Source: Squalus acanthias (taxonomy: Eukaryota). From it: a DNA stretch of 64,000 nucleotides. Shown piece after piece: positions 35,566 to 49,345 of the stretch. A model generated the notes under the pieces. It had not been told where the DNA came from and did no database searches. It saw nothing but the letters and a program-made list of their open reading frames with translations. Location: contig JASTWF010000033.1 of the NCBI GenBank assembly GCA_030390025.1, positions 1,180,001 through 1,244,000 on the forward strand, in the 5' to 3' direction. Position 1 is the stretch's first letter; every line of letters starts with the position of its first letter. The translations under genes were made by a program, and so were the position numbers.

Positions 35566-38500
35566 CATAGAGTCATAGAGTCATAGAGTTATACAGCACA
35601 GAAAGAGACCCTTCGGCCCATCGTGTCCGCGCCGGCCATCAAGCCCTGTCTATTCTAACCCCATTTTCCAGCACTTGGTCCATAGCCTTGTATGCTGTGG
35701 CTTTTCAAGTGCTCATCTAAATGCTTCTTGAATGTTGTGAGGTTTCCTGCATCTACCACCCTTTCAGGCAGTGAGTTCCAGATTCCAACCACCCTCTGGG
35801 TGAAAAAGCTTTTCCTCAAATCCCCTTTAAACCTCCTGCCCCTTAACTTGAAACTATGCCCCCTTGTTATTGACCCCTCTACTAAGGGGAAACGTTCATT
35901 TCTATCTACCTTATCTATGCCCCTCATAATTTTGTACACCTCAATCAGGTCCCCACTCAGCCTTCTCTGCTCCAAGGAAAACAACCCCAGCCTGTCCAGT
36001 CTCTCTTCATAGCTGAAGCGCTCCAGCACAGGTAACATCCTGTTGAATCTCCTCTGCACCCTCTCCAATGCAATCATATCTTTCCGAGAGGGTGGCGACC
36101 AGAACTGCACACAATATTCCAGCTGTGGCCTAACTAGAGTTTTGTACAGCTCCATCATAACCTCCCTGTTCTTATATTCTATGCCTCGGCTAATGAAGGC
36201 AAGTATCCCATATGTCTTTTTAACCAGCTTATCTACCTGTCCTGCTGCCTTCAGGGATCTATGTACATGCACACCAAGTTCCCTTGATCCTCTGTCCTTC
36301 CTATGGTCCTACCATTCATTGTGCATTCCCTTGCCTTGTTAGTCCTCCCAAAATGCATCACCTCACATTTTTCACGGTTAAATTTCATTTGCCACTGTTC
36401 TGCCCATCTGACCAACCCGTCTATATCTTCCTGTAGCCTGAGGCTTCCCTCCTCGCTATTTACCACTCCACCAATTTTCGTGGCATCTGCGAACTTACTG
36501 AACATACCTCCTACATTCATATCTAAATCATTAATGTACACTACAAACAGCAAAGGACCGAAACAGATCCCTCCGATACACCACTGCACACAGGCTTCCA
36601 GTCACAAAAACAACCTTCGACCATCACCCTCTGCCTCCTGCCACTAAGCCAATTTTGGATCCAATGTGCCAAGTTGCCCTGGCTCCCATGGGCCCTTATC
36701 GTCTTGACTAGTCTCCCATGCAGGATTTATCAAAACCCTTACTGAAGTCCATGTAGAGCACATCAACTGCACGACCCTCATCCACACACCTAGTCACCCC
36801 CTCGAAAAATTCAATCAAATTGGTCAGACATGATCTCCCTCTGACAAAGCCATGGTGACTATCCTTGATTAATCCTTGCCTCTCCAAGTGGAGACTAATT
36901 CTGTCCCTCAGAATTTTTTCCAATAATTTCCCTGCCACTGATGTTAGGCTCACTGGCCTATAATTCCCTGGTTTATCCCTACTACACTTCTTGAATAATG
37001 CTACTACGTTAGCTGTTCTCCAGTCCTCTGGCACATCTCCTGTGGCCAGAGAGGTTCTGAAAATTTGTGTCAGAGCCCTTAGAATCTCCTCCCTTGCCTC
37101 ATAAAGCAGCCTGGGACACATCTCGTCTGGGACTGGGGATTTATCCACTTTTAAGCCCGCTAAAACCCCTAGTACCTCCTCCCTCTCAATACTAATTTGT
37201 TGAAGTATATCACAATCCCCCTGTCTAATTTATATGCCTACCTCGTCCTTCTCCATAGTGAACACAGATGCAAAATATACATTTAAACCCCCACCTACAT
37301 ATTTTAGGCTCTACACACAAATTGCCACTTTGGTCCCTAATGAGCCCTACTCTTTCCCTGGTTATCCTCTTGCCCTTAAAATACTTATAAAACACCTTGG
37401 GATTTTCCTTTATTTTGCCTGCCAGTGTTATTTCATGCCCCCCTTCGCTCTCCTAATTTCTTTTTTATATAGCCCCCTGCACTTTCTATACTCCTCTAAG
37501 GCTTCGACTGTTTTAGTCCTTTGTATCTGCCAAAAGCCTCACTTTTTTTTCCTACTCCATTCTCGTATATCCCTTGACTTCCATGGTTCCCTGGGCTTGT
37601 TGGTCCCACCCTTGACATTTACGGGAACATGTTGCCGTTGTAATCTATCTATTTCCTTTCTGAAAGACTCCCACTGCACTGATGTGGATTTTCCCACAAG
37701 TAGCTGATCCCAGTTCACTTTGGCCAGATCCTGCCTTATCATATTAAAATCGGCCTTCCCTCAATTTAGAACGTTTATTTCCGTTCCATCTTTGTCCTTT
37801 TCCATGACTACCTTAAATCTCACCGAATTATGGTCACTGTCAACAAAATGCTCTCCTACTAACTCTTCTACCACTTGCCCGGCTACATACACTAGAATTA
37901 GGTCCAGTACCGCGCCCTCCCTTGTAGGACTTTCTGCATGCTGGCTCAAAAAGGTCTCCTGGATGCACTTTAAGAATTCTGCACCCTCTAAGCCTTTCAC
38001 ACTCTGACTATCCAAGTTAATAGTGAGGAAGTTGAAATCCCCTACTATTATTACCCTATTAGTTCTACACTTCTCTGAGATTTGCCTACATATCTGTTCC
38101 TCTATCTCCCCCTGATTGTTTGGGGGCCTATAGTACACTCCCAGCAAAGTGCTTGCCCCCTTTTTGTTTTTAAGTTCTACCCATACGGCCTCATTAGAGG
38201 AGCCTGCTAAGATATCATCCCTCCTCATAGCAGTAATTGACTCCTTGATTAATATTGCGACACCACCGGCTCTTTTACACCCCCATCTGTCTCGCCTGAA
38301 GATTCTATACCCCGGAATATTGAGCTGCCAGTCCTGCCCCTCCCTCAACCATGTCTCTGTGATAGCAACAATATCATACTCCCATGTGTTCATAAACACC
38401 TTCAATTAATCTGCCTTACTCGCAAGAATCGTTGCATTAAAATAAATGCCACCAGACTTGCCATACTCCCTTGTGCCGTTACATATTTGCTCTGCCTTTC

Positions 38501-39640
38501 AGGCTGACTTGTTTTTTCCCCTAAAGTTGGCTGTGCATCAACCCCTACTGTAGCTCCACTCCATATCCCATCCCCCTGCCAACTTAGTTTAACCCCCCGC
38601 CTCCCCAACAGTACGAGCAAATCTCCCCGCAAGGAATTTGTTCCCGTTCCAGTTCAGGTGCAACCCGTCCGACTTGTACAGGTCCCACCTTCACCAGAAG
38701 CAGACCCAGTGATCCAGGAAACTAAAGCCCTCCCTCCTGCACCAACTCTTTAGCCACGCATTCATCAGCTCTATCCTCCTATTCCTATACTCACTAGCAC
38801 GTGGTACCGGGAGTAATCCAGAGATTACAAACTTTGAGGTCCTGCTTTTTAATCAGCTACCTAGCTCCTTAAATTCTTGTTGCAGGACCTCATCCGTCTT
38901 TCTACCCATGTCGTTGGTAGCAATGTGAACCACGACCTGTGACTGTTCGCCCTCCCCATTCAGAATGCCCTGCAGCCGTTCAGTGACATCCTTGACCCTG
39001 GCACCAGGGAGGCAACACTCCATCCTGGAGTCACGTCTGCGGCCACAGAAACGTCTATCTGTTCGCCTTACGATAGAATCCCCTATTACTATTGCTCTCC
39101 CACTCTTTTTCCTCATCTCCTGTGCAGCTGAGCCACTCGTAGTGCCACGGACTTGGCTCTTGCTGCATTCCCCTGAGAAACCATCTCCCCCATCAGTATC
39201 CAAAACGGAAATCTGTCAGAGAGGGAGATGGACTCAGGGGACTTCTGCACTACCTTCCTACTTCTTTTATTCAGTCTGGCGGTCATCCTTTCCCTGTCTG
39301 CCTGTGCACTCTTTACCTGCGGTGGGACCACATCGTTTAACGTGCTATCTGCGTAGATCTCAGCTTCGCGGATGCTCCACAGTGACTCCAGCCACAGCTC
39401 CAGCTCTGAAACGCGGATTTGGAGTAGCTGCAGCTGGTAACACTTACCTGTACATGTGTTCGCCCTGGACACCTAAAGTGCCCCTGACTTCCAACATAGC
39501 ACAGGAGGGGCACTCCACGCTGCCGAGCTGACCTGCCATGTCCTACCCTTAATTTACTCCCTTTAAATTTAAGAATATTAAATACACTAGGGACGTTACT
39601 TCCCTTTAAACGCTACTTACTCTAAACGAGAGCCCTTACT
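35566..39640 (-). mobile_element. Near full-length degenerate CR1 LINE (same family as 6905-9835) in the NAIP intron
   Basis: ORF1 ATG at 39539, esterase motifs 38853-39203, EN 37761-38405, RT 36708-37148, 36251-36589, 35655-36272, (tatgactc)n tail. Confidence 0.92.
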
Positions 39641-39814
39641 TTCACGTTTATGGAGGGCGGAACTAGGGTGGCCGGCCAGCAGTGCGTTTGAATAGTCAAG
39701 TCAAGTCATCATCAATAACAGAAATCATTGTCAGAAATCTTGTCCAAAGGGGACAATAGAGCAAAGGGCGCAGTAAAGTTTGAGCATATCAGCAATTCTA
39801 GTATAAAAACGATT

Positions 39815-42040
39815 AAGAGGCACTAACAACGGTGCAAAGAAGATTTACAAGGATGATACCCGGACTGCGAGAGTATACCTATCAGGAAAGTATGAACAGC
39901 CTGGGTCCCTTTTCTCTTGGAAAGAGAAGGCTGAGGGGTGACCTAATAGAGGTCTTTAAAATGATGAATGGTTTTGATAGATTGGATACAGAGAGTGTGT
40001 TTAAATACATACTTTGGTTCTGTCTTCACAAAGGAGGACACATATAACCTCCCAGAGATTTCGGGGAACATAGGGTCTAATGAGAGGGAGGAACTGAATG
40101 AAATCAATATTTGTAGAGAAATGGCGTTAGGGAAATTGACAGGATTGAAGGCCGATAAATCCCCAGGGCCTGATAATCTACTTCCTAGGGTAATTAAGAA
40201 AGTGGCCCTAGAAATAGTAGATGCATTGATGGTCATCTTCCAAAACTCTATAGACTCTGGAACAGTTCCCATGGATTGGAGGGTAGCTAATGTAACCCAA
40301 CTATTTAAAAAAGGTGATAGAGAGAAAACGGGGAATTATAGACCGGTAAGCCTGACATCGGGCGAAATGCAAGAGTCCATTATAAAAGATGTAATAGCAG
40401 AACAGTTGAAAAACAGTGACAGGATCGGACAAAGTCAACATGGATTGACAAAAGGTAAATCATGCTTGACTAATCTAATGGAATTTTTTGAGGATGTAAC
40501 AAGTAGAATAGATAAGGGAGAACCAGTGGATGTGGTGTGTTTGGAGTTTCAGAAGGCTTTCGATAAGGTCCCGCATAAGAGATTAGCGTGCAAAATCAAA
40601 GCACATGGGTATGGGGGTAAGGTACTGACTTGGGTAGAAAACTGTTTGGCAGACAGGAAGCAAAGAGTTGGAATAAACGAGTCTTTTTCCAAGTGGCAGG
40701 AAGTGACTAGTGGGGTACCGCAGGGATTGGTGCTAGGACCCCAGCTATTCACAATATATATTAATGATCTAGATGAGGGAACTAGATGTAATATCTCTAA
40801 GTTTGCAGGCGACACAAAGCTGGGTGGGTGTGTGTGCTGTGAGGAGCATGCAGAGAAACTCTAGTACGAATTGGACAGGTTGGGTGATTGGGCAGATACA
40901 TGGTAGATGTGTGGATAAATGCGAGGTTATCCACTTTGGGGGGCAAAAACAGGAAGGCAGATTAGTATTTGAACGGCAATAGATTGGGAAAAGGGGAAGT
41001 GCAACTAGACCTGGGTGTCCTTGTGCACCAGTCGCTGAAGGTAAGCATGCAGGTGCAGCAGGCGGTTAAGAAGGCAAATGGTACGTTGGCCTTCATAGCG
41101 AGAGGATACAAGTACAGGGGCAAGGATGTCTTGCTGCAGTTGTACAGTGCCTTGGTGAGACCACACCTTGAGTATTGTGTGCAGTTTTGGTCGCCTTATC
41201 TGAGGAAGGATGTTCTTGCCATGGAGGGAGTCAGCGAAGATTCACCAGACTGATACCTGGGATGGCAGGAATGATGTATGAAGAGAGATTGGGTCGATTG
41301 GGCTTGTATTCGCTAGAGATTAGAAGAATGAGAGGGGATCTCATTGAAACTTATAAAATTCTAACAGGACTAGACAGACTAGATGCACGAAGGATGTTCC
41401 CGATGGCGGAGGAGTCCAGATCCAGCGGGTCACAATCTAAAGATAAGGGGTAAGCCATTTAGGACTGAGATGAGGAGGAATTTCTTCACCCAGAGAGTGG
41501 TGAACCTGTGGAATTCTCCACCACAGAAGACAGTTGAGTCCAATTCATTAAATATATTCAATAAGGAGTTAGATATATTTCTTAAGGCTAAGGGGATCAG
41601 GGATATGGGGAGAAAGCCGGGACAGGGTACCTAAAATGGATGTTCAGCCATGATCGCATTGAACGGCGGAGCAGGCTTGAGGGGCCGAATGGCCTACTCC
41701 TGCTCCTATTTTCTTCTATGTTTCCACATGTGTGGAAGAGCAAAACTAGAGGCCATCAATATAAGATAGTCACCAAGAAATCCAGTAGGTAATTCAGAAA
41801 AACTTCTTTACTCAGAGAGTGGTGAGAATGTGGAACTCGATACCACAGGGAGTGGTTGAGGCAAATACTATAGATGAATTTAAGGGGAAGCTAGATAAGC
41901 ACAGGAAGGAGAAGGGAATAGAGGTGCTGGTAGAGTTAGATGAGGAAGGATGGGAGGAGGCTCGAGTGGAGTGTAAACGCCGACATGGGCTGATTGGGCT
42001 GAATGGCCTGTTTCTGTGCTGTACATTCTATGTAATCCTA
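39815..42040 (+). mobile_element. 5'-truncated CR1 (~40000-41720) nested in an older CR1 3' fragment
   Basis: ORF 39968-40864 RT (SGVPQGLVLGP, KFAGDTK); the host fragment resumes at tttccacatgtg ~41721. Confidence 0.85.
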
Positions 42041-42356
42041 TGCATTCATGAAGTTGGAAACAAGGAGAGGTTTGGGTATGTTGGCGGGGCAAAGGGGAAT
42101 TAACTGGTAGAGTGTCTATTCTTCATAGAAACACAGGAACATAGGAAATTCTAGACTAAAAAAGATCTAGTCCATCTAGTCCGCCTTCTACCATCCTGGT
42201 AGTCGCAAGATACAACGTCAGTGGAATTGTTGACCAATCGTGGCAATCAATCTCCATCAATGAGTCTACAACAGACTCAGACATGAGGCGAGGAAAACCC
42301 CCAGTGGTTCGAGATCTTTGGGAACCAGAGGTCCAAAGTAAAATGCTCCTCCCGAA

Positions 42357-43433
42357 CATAGAGTCATAGAGTTATACAGCACAGAAAGAGGCCATTCGGC
42401 CCATCGTGTCCGCGCCGGCCATCAAGCCGTATCTATTCTAATCCCATTTTCCAGCACTTGGTCCGTAGCCTTGTATGCTGTGGCGTTTCAAGTGCTCATT
42501 TAATGCTTCTTGAATGTTGTGAGGGTTCCTGCCTCTACCACCCTTTCAGGCAGTGAGTTCCAGATTCCAACCACCCTCTGGGTGAAAAAGCTTTTCCTCA
42601 AATCCCCTTTAAACCTCCTTCCCCTTACCTTGAAACTATGCCCCCTGGTTACTGACTCCTCTACTAAGGGAAAAAAGCTCCTTTCTATCTACCCTAACTA
42701 TGCCCCTCATAATTTTGTACACCTCAATCAGGTCCCACCTCAGCCTTCTCTGCTCTAAGGAAAACAACCCCAGCCTCTCAATCTCTCTTCATAGCTGAAG
42801 CGCTCCAGCCCAGGTAACATCCTGGTGAATCTCCTCTGCACCCTCTTCAATGCAATCACATCCTTCCTATAGTGTGGCGACCAGAACTGCACACAGTATT
42901 CCAGCTGTGGCCTAACTAGCGTTTTGTACAGCTCCATCATAACCTCCCTGCTTTTATATTCTATGCCTCTGCTAATGAAGGCAAGTATCCCATATGCCTT
43001 TTTAACCACCTTATCTACCTGTCCTGCTGCCTTCAGGGATCTATGTACATGCACACTAAGGTCCCTCTGATCCTCTGTCCTTCCTAGGGTAATACCATTC
43101 ATTGTGTATTCCCTTGCCTTGTTAGTCCTCCCAAAATGCATCACCTCACACTTTACAGGGTTAAATTCCATTTGCCACTGTTCTGCCCATCTAACCAACC
43201 CGTCTATATCGTCCTGCAGCCTGAGGCTTCCCGCCTCGCTATTTACCACTCCACCAATTTTCGTGTCATCTGCGAACTTACTGATCATACCTCCTACATT
43301 CATAGCTAAATCATTAAAGCACACTACAAACAGCAAAGGACCCAGCACCGATGCCTGCGGTACACCACTGGACACAGGCTTCCAGTCACAGAAACAACCT
43401 TCGACCATCACCCTCTGCCTCCTGCCACTAAGC
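42357..43433 (-). mobile_element. 5'-truncated CR1 LINE
   Basis: ORF 42755-43456 (SGVPQASVLGP, KFADDTK), (tatgactc)n tail. Confidence 0.9.
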
Positions 43434-43511
43434 ACGCCGCACTCACCACACATCATGTCTCCGATTACTCATATACTGTCTCCCAATGTGTTATTTGCTG
43501 ATTGTCAATAC

Positions 43512-44115
43512 CTGTAAAGAAAAATCCTGCTTTTGCCAGTAGATCAGGCTCCATCTTCACGTAGAAAGGCCAGCCTTTGAAGGTCTCAAGTCTGGCTTGT
43601 CGCCCTTTTAACTGTTCCGCTCGGTTGAGCGGAACACCCTCAGGTACCTGGACCCGCACAGCATACTTTGGAATGTTTCCAACATCCAACGTTTTCACAA
43701 AGCCACAGTCCGGCTCAAACTTCTGATGCTCTGACCCGGGTGATTTTGTGATGCCGGTACTGCAGGAAACTCCCCCACAGCAGAAGCATTGCACACTCAT
43801 CTTCAACCCCGTGTAATAAAAGTCCACGCTCGCCATCTCCTCGGGATTCCAGGTGGCAAAGGGATCGAAGCTCTCAAAGGTCTTGAGTCTCTTCAGTTCA
43901 CTTCTCATCTGATGGTTGAAGCCTCTCTTCCTTTTCCGGCAAATCACATGGTCGTCGATTTCAATCTGCTCCACCAATTTAGCTATGTCCAAGTTGGTGA
44001 AAGACATAATCGCCTGCAGATCCTTAACATCTAACTGACGATGGTGGGTCGAAGGCTCAGCTTCTTGTGTTTCCTTTGCTGTCTGAGGCAATGAGTCAGA
44101 GTGCTGGGTCGCCAT
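43512..44115 (-). CDS. NAIP: NAIP-like gene, first coding exon (N-terminus, BIR1, first half of BIR2)
   Basis: tag|accATGG; MATQ...GFNHQMRSELKRLKTF...CFCCx16Hx6C...DVGNIPKY...ARLETFKGWPFY...AGFFFT-G|gtatt donor; strongly resembles the mammalian NAIP N-terminus. Confidence 0.9.
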
Positions 44116-44369
44116 GGTCTAGATATCAAAGAGCAGAGGTTAATCGATTATCTGAACGTGACGCAGCCAAGTGAGGAGATTGACCAGAATGGCACCAGGG
44201 ATGCGGGACTTCAGTTATGTGGAGAGACTATCGTGGAACTGGGGTTGTTCTCCTTAGAGCAGAGAAGGTTAAGGGAAGATTTGATAGAGGTGTTCAAACT
44301 CATGAACGGTTTTTGTTGGAGCCAATTGGGGGAAACCATTTCCACTGGCAGGAGGGCCGGTAACAGAGA

Positions 44370-45428
44370 GTTGGGATAAATCGGTCATTTTCAGGTTGGC
44401 AATCAGTAACTAGTGGGGTGCCACAGGGATCAGTGCTGGGGCCTCAACTACTTACAATCTATGTTAATGACTTGGATGAAAGGACCGTGTGTACTGTAGC
44501 CAAATTTGCTGATGATACAAAGATAGGTGGGTTAGCAAGTTGTGAGGAGGACACAAGTCTGCAAAGGGATATAGATAGGTTAAGTGCGTGGGCAAAAATT
44601 TGGTAGATGGATTATAACGTGGGAAAGTGTGAGGATATCCACTTTGGAAGGAAGAATGAAAAAGAAAATTATTTTTTTAAATGGAGTGTGACTACAAAAT
44701 GCTGCGGTACAAAGGGATCTGGGGGTCCTAGTACATGAAACACAACAAGTTTGCAAGTAATTAGGAAGGCTAATGGAACGTTGGCCTTTATTGCAAGGGG
44801 TATGGAGTATAAAAGTAGGGAAGTTTTGATGCATCTTTACAGGGCGCTGGTGAGACCGCACCTGGAGTACTGCGTACAGTTTTGGTCTCCATATTTAAGG
44901 AAGGATATACTTGCATTGGAGGCAGTGCAGAGAAGGTTCACTAGGTTGATTCCTGGGATGAAGGTGTTAACGTATGATGAAAGGTTGAGCAGGTTGGGCC
45001 AATACTCATTGGAGTTTAGAAGAATGAGAGGTGATCTTATTGAAACATAGAAGATTCTGAGGGGGATTGACAGGGTGGATGCTGAGAGGATGTTTCTCCT
45101 ATTGGGGATATCAAGAACTAGGGGGTAGAGTTTCAGAGTAAGAGGTCGCCCATTTAAGACGTAGATGAGGAGGAATTTCTTCTGTCAGAGGGTCGTGAAT
45201 CTTTGGAATTCTCTACTCCAGAGAGCTGTGGAGGCGGAGTCATTGATTATATTCAAGGCGGAGATTGATAGACATTTTAACTACAAGGGAGTCAAGGATT
45301 ATTGGGAGAGAGCGGGAATGTGATGTTGAGGCCAAGATTGGATCAGCCATGATCTTATTGAATGGTGGAGCAGGCTCGAGGGGCCGATTGGCCTACTCCT
45401 GCTCCTATTTCTTATGTTCTTATGTTCT
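44370..45428 (+). mobile_element. 5'-truncated CR1 LINE
   Basis: VPQGSVLGP, KFADDTK, LEYCVQFWSP; (tatgttct)n tail. Confidence 0.9.
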
Positions 45429-45702
45429 TAACCAGAGGACCACAGATTTGAGATAATTGGCAAAGGAACCAGAGGGGGAGAAGATGAGAAATTCTGTTAC
45501 ACGGCGAGTTGTTGTGATCAGGAACGTGCGACCTGAAAGGGCGGAGGTAGCAGATTCAATAGTAGCTTTCAAAAGGGAATTGGAGAAATACTTGCAGGGC
45601 TATGGGGAAAGAATCATGGAATGGCTACAGCACAGGAGGAGGTCATTCGGCCCGTCGAGCCCGTGCCGGCTCTCGGCAAGAGCACTTCAGCTCGGCCCAC
45701 TC

Positions 45703-45760
45703 CCGCTCAACTGAGCTGAGCAGTTGAAAGGGAAACAAGCCAGACTTGAGAACTTTAAAG
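45703..45760 (+). pseudogene. Diverged 58-bp inverted copy of part of the NAIP exon
   Basis: ccgctcaactgagctgagcagttgaaagggaaacaagccagacttgagaactttaaag aligns without gaps to the reverse complement of 43575-43632. Confidence 0.75.
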
Positions 45761-46421
45761 ACCAGGGGAGTGGGTCTAATTGGATAGCTCTTTCAAAGAG
45801 CCAGCACAGTCACGATGGGCCAAATTGCCTCCTTCTGTGCTGTACCATTCTATGATTCTATCAAAACGCACATCAGAGAGAGGAAGACATGAAGCATCAA
45901 TATTAAATATAACCAATGTGATTATAAATAATATCAATATGATCTTATATTGAAGCAAATAACCTTGTGGAGGATGTTTTTTTTATTATTTCACTTGATG
46001 TGGGTGTCGGTGACAAGGCCAGCATTTAATGCCCATTCCTCGTTGCCCTGGAGAAGGTGGTGGTGAGCCGCCTTCTTGAACCGCTGCAGTCCGTGTGGTG
46101 AAGGTACTCTCACAGTGCTGTTAGGGAGGGAGTTCCAGGATTTTGACCCAGCAATATCAAATATTAAAGAAAAAATAATTTCCTTCTGCCTACTGCCATT
46201 TGCCAAAATGTACGAGGCAGAAGGAAAACGCAAATCTACCCCAGTGTCTTGCTTCGTCTGGGCTGAGGCATTTTCCGTAACTTACGGTCCTGACCATCAG
46301 GCCATTGCACAATTACCTGTAAAATAAGGCCTAAGTGGGAAAAGGAGTGTCATCAGAAAGTAACATACTTAACTGTTTCATATGAACACAAGAAATAGGA
46401 ACAGGAGTAGGCCGCTTGGTC

Positions 46422-49345
46422 CTGCACTGTCTGTGCTGCACTGTCGGAAGGGCTGTACTGAGGGAGCGCTGCACTGTCGGGGGGGCTGTACTGAGGGAGC
46501 GCTGCACTGCCAGAGGGGCTGTACTGAGGGAGCGCTGCACTGTCGCGGGGGCTGAACTGAGGGAGCGCTGCACTGTCGTAGGGGCTGTACCGAGGGAGCG
46601 CTGCACTGTCGCGGGGGGCTGTACTGAGGGAGCGCTGCACTGTCGAAGGGGCTGTACTGAGGGAGCGCTGTACTGTCGGAGGGGCAGTACTGAGGGAGTG
46701 CTGCACTGTCGGAGGGGCAGTGCTAAGGGAGCGCTGCAGTGTCCGAGGGACTGTACTGAGGGAGCGCTGCACTGTCGGAGGGGCAGTGGTGAGGGAGCGC
46801 TGCACTGTCCGAGGGGAAGTACTGAGGGAGCGCTGCACTGTCGGAGGGGCTGTCCTGAGGGAGCGCTGCACTGTCGGAGGGGCTGTACTGAGAGAGCGCC
46901 GCACTGTCGGAGGGGCTGTACTGAGGGAGCGCTGTACTGTCGGAGGGGCAGTACTGAGGGAGTGCTGCACTGTCGGAGGGGCAGTACTGAGGGAGTGCCC
47001 CACTGTCAGTGGGAAAGTACTGAGGGAGCGCCGAACTGTCGGAGGGGCAGTACTGAGGGAGTGCGGCACTGTCGGAGGGGCAGTACTGAGGGAGTCTCCC
47101 ACTTTCGGTGGGGCAGTACTGAGAGAGCGCTGCACTGTCGGAGAGGCAGTACTGAGGGAGTGCTGCACTTTCGGAGGGGCAGCACTGAAGGATGCATCAC
47201 TGTCCGAGGGGCAGCACTGAGGGAGTGCTGTACTGTCGGAGGGGCAGTACTGAGGGAGTGCTGCAATGCTGCACTGTCGGAGGGGCAGTACTGAGGGAGC
47301 GCCGCACTGTCGAGGGGCAGTACTGAGGGAGCGTCGCACTGTCGGAGGGGCAGTACTGAGCGAGTGCTGCACTGTCGGATGGGTAGTACTGAGGGAGTGC
47401 TGCACTGTCGGAGGAGCAGCACTGAGGGAGTGCTGTAATGTCGGAGGGGCAGTACTGAGGGAGTGCTGCAGTGCTGCACTGTCGGAGGGGCAGTACTGAG
47501 GGAGCGCCGCACTGTCGAGGGGCAGTACTGAGGGAGCGTCGCACTGTCGGAGGGGCAGTACTGAGGGAGTGCTGCACTGTCGGATGGGTAGTACTGAGGG
47601 AGTGCTACACTGTCGGAGGGGTAGTACTGAGGGAGCGCCGCACTGTCGGAGGGCCTGTACTGAGGGAGCGCCGCACTGTCGGAGAGGCAGTAGTGAGGGT
47701 GTGCTGCACTGTCGGATTTGCAATGCTGAGGGAGTGCTGCACTGTCGGAGGGGCAGTACTGAGGAAGTGCTGCACTGTCGGAGGGGCAGTACTGAGGGAG
47801 TTCTGCAGTATCGGAGGGGCATTACTGAGGGAGCGCTGCACTATCGGAGGGGCAGTACTGAGGGAGTGCTGCAGTGTCGGAGGGGCAGTACTGAGGCAGC
47901 GCTGCACTGTCGGAGGGGCAGTTCTGAGGTAGTGCTGCACTGTCAGAGTGGCAGTACTGAGGGAGCGCCGCACTGTCGGAGGGCCAGTACTGAGGGAGCG
48001 CCACACTGTCGGAGGAGCAGTAGTGAGGGAGTGCTGCACTATCGGATTTGCAATGCTGAGGGAGTGCTGCACTGGGGGAGGGGCAGTACTGAGGTATTGC
48101 TCCACTGTCGTAGTGGCTGTACTGAGGGAGCGCTGCACTGTCGGGGGGGCTGAACTGAGGGAGCGCTGCACTGTCGTAGGGGCTGTACCGAGGGAGCGCT
48201 GCACTGTCGGGGGGGCTGTACTGAGGGAGCGCTGCACTGTCGAGGGGGCTGTACTGAGGGAGCGCTGCACTGTCGGAGGGGCAGTGCTAAGGGAGCGCTG
48301 CAGTGTCCGAGGGACTGTACTGAGGGAGCGCTGCACTGTCGGAGGGGCAGTGGTGAGGGAGCGCTGCACTGTCCGAGGGGAAGTACTGAGGGAGCGCTGC
48401 ACTGTCGGAGGGGCTGTCCTGAGGGAGCGCTGCACTGTCGGAGGGGCTGTACTGAGGGATCGCTGTACTGTCGGAGGGGCAGTACTGAGGGAGTGCTGCA
48501 CTGTCGGAGGGGCAGTACTGAGGGAGTGCTGCACTGTCGGAGGGGCAGTACTGTGAGAGCGCTGCACTGTTGGAGGGGCAGTACGGAGGGAGTGCTGCAA
48601 TTTCGGAGGGGCAGCACTGAAGGATGCTGCACTGTCCGAGGGGCAGCACTGAGGGAGTGCTGAGGGAGTGCTGCAGTGTTGCACTGTCGGAGGGGCAGTA
48701 CTGAGGGATTGCTGCACTGTCGGATGGGCAGTACTGAGGGAGTGCTGCACTGTCAGAGGGTCAGTACTGAGGGAGTGCCGCACTGTCGGAGGGCCAGTAC
48801 TGAGGGAGCGCCGCACTGTCGGAGGGCCAGTACTGAGGGAGCGCCGCACTGTCGGAGTACCAGTAGTGAGGGAGTGCTACATTGTCGGATTTGCAATGCT
48901 GTGGGAGTGCTGCACTGTCGGAGGGGCAGTACTGAGGCAGTGCTGCAGTGTCGGAGTGGCAGTACTGAGGGAGCGCTGCACTATCGGAGGGCCAGTACTG
49001 AGGGAGCGCCGCACTGTCGGAGGGGCAGTAGTGAGGGAGTGCTTCACTGTCGGATTTGCAATGCTCTGGGAGTGCTGCACTGTGGGACGGGCAGTACTGA
49101 GGTAGTGCTGCACTGTCGGAGGGGCAGTACAGAGGGAGTGCTGCAGTGTTGGAGGGGCAGTACTGAGGGAGCGCTGCACTATCGGAGGGGCAGTACTGAG
49201 GGAGTGCTGCAATGTCGGGGGCAGTACTGTGGGAGCGCCGCAATGTCTGAGGGGCGGTACTGAGGGAGTGCTGCACTATCAGAGGGCCAGTACTGAGGGA
49301 GTGCTGCACTGTCAGAGGGGCAGTACTGAGGGAGTGCTGCGCTGT
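46422..49345. repeat. 33-bp tandem satellite (~2.9 kb)
   Basis: Unit gcactgtcggaggggcagtactgagggagcgct. Confidence 0.97.

Noticed and set aside
43465..43511. C-terminal extension of the 216-aa NAIP ORF (IDNQQITHWETVYE)
   Set aside because: Intron read-through past the donor at 43511; BIR2 continues in the exon at 34641
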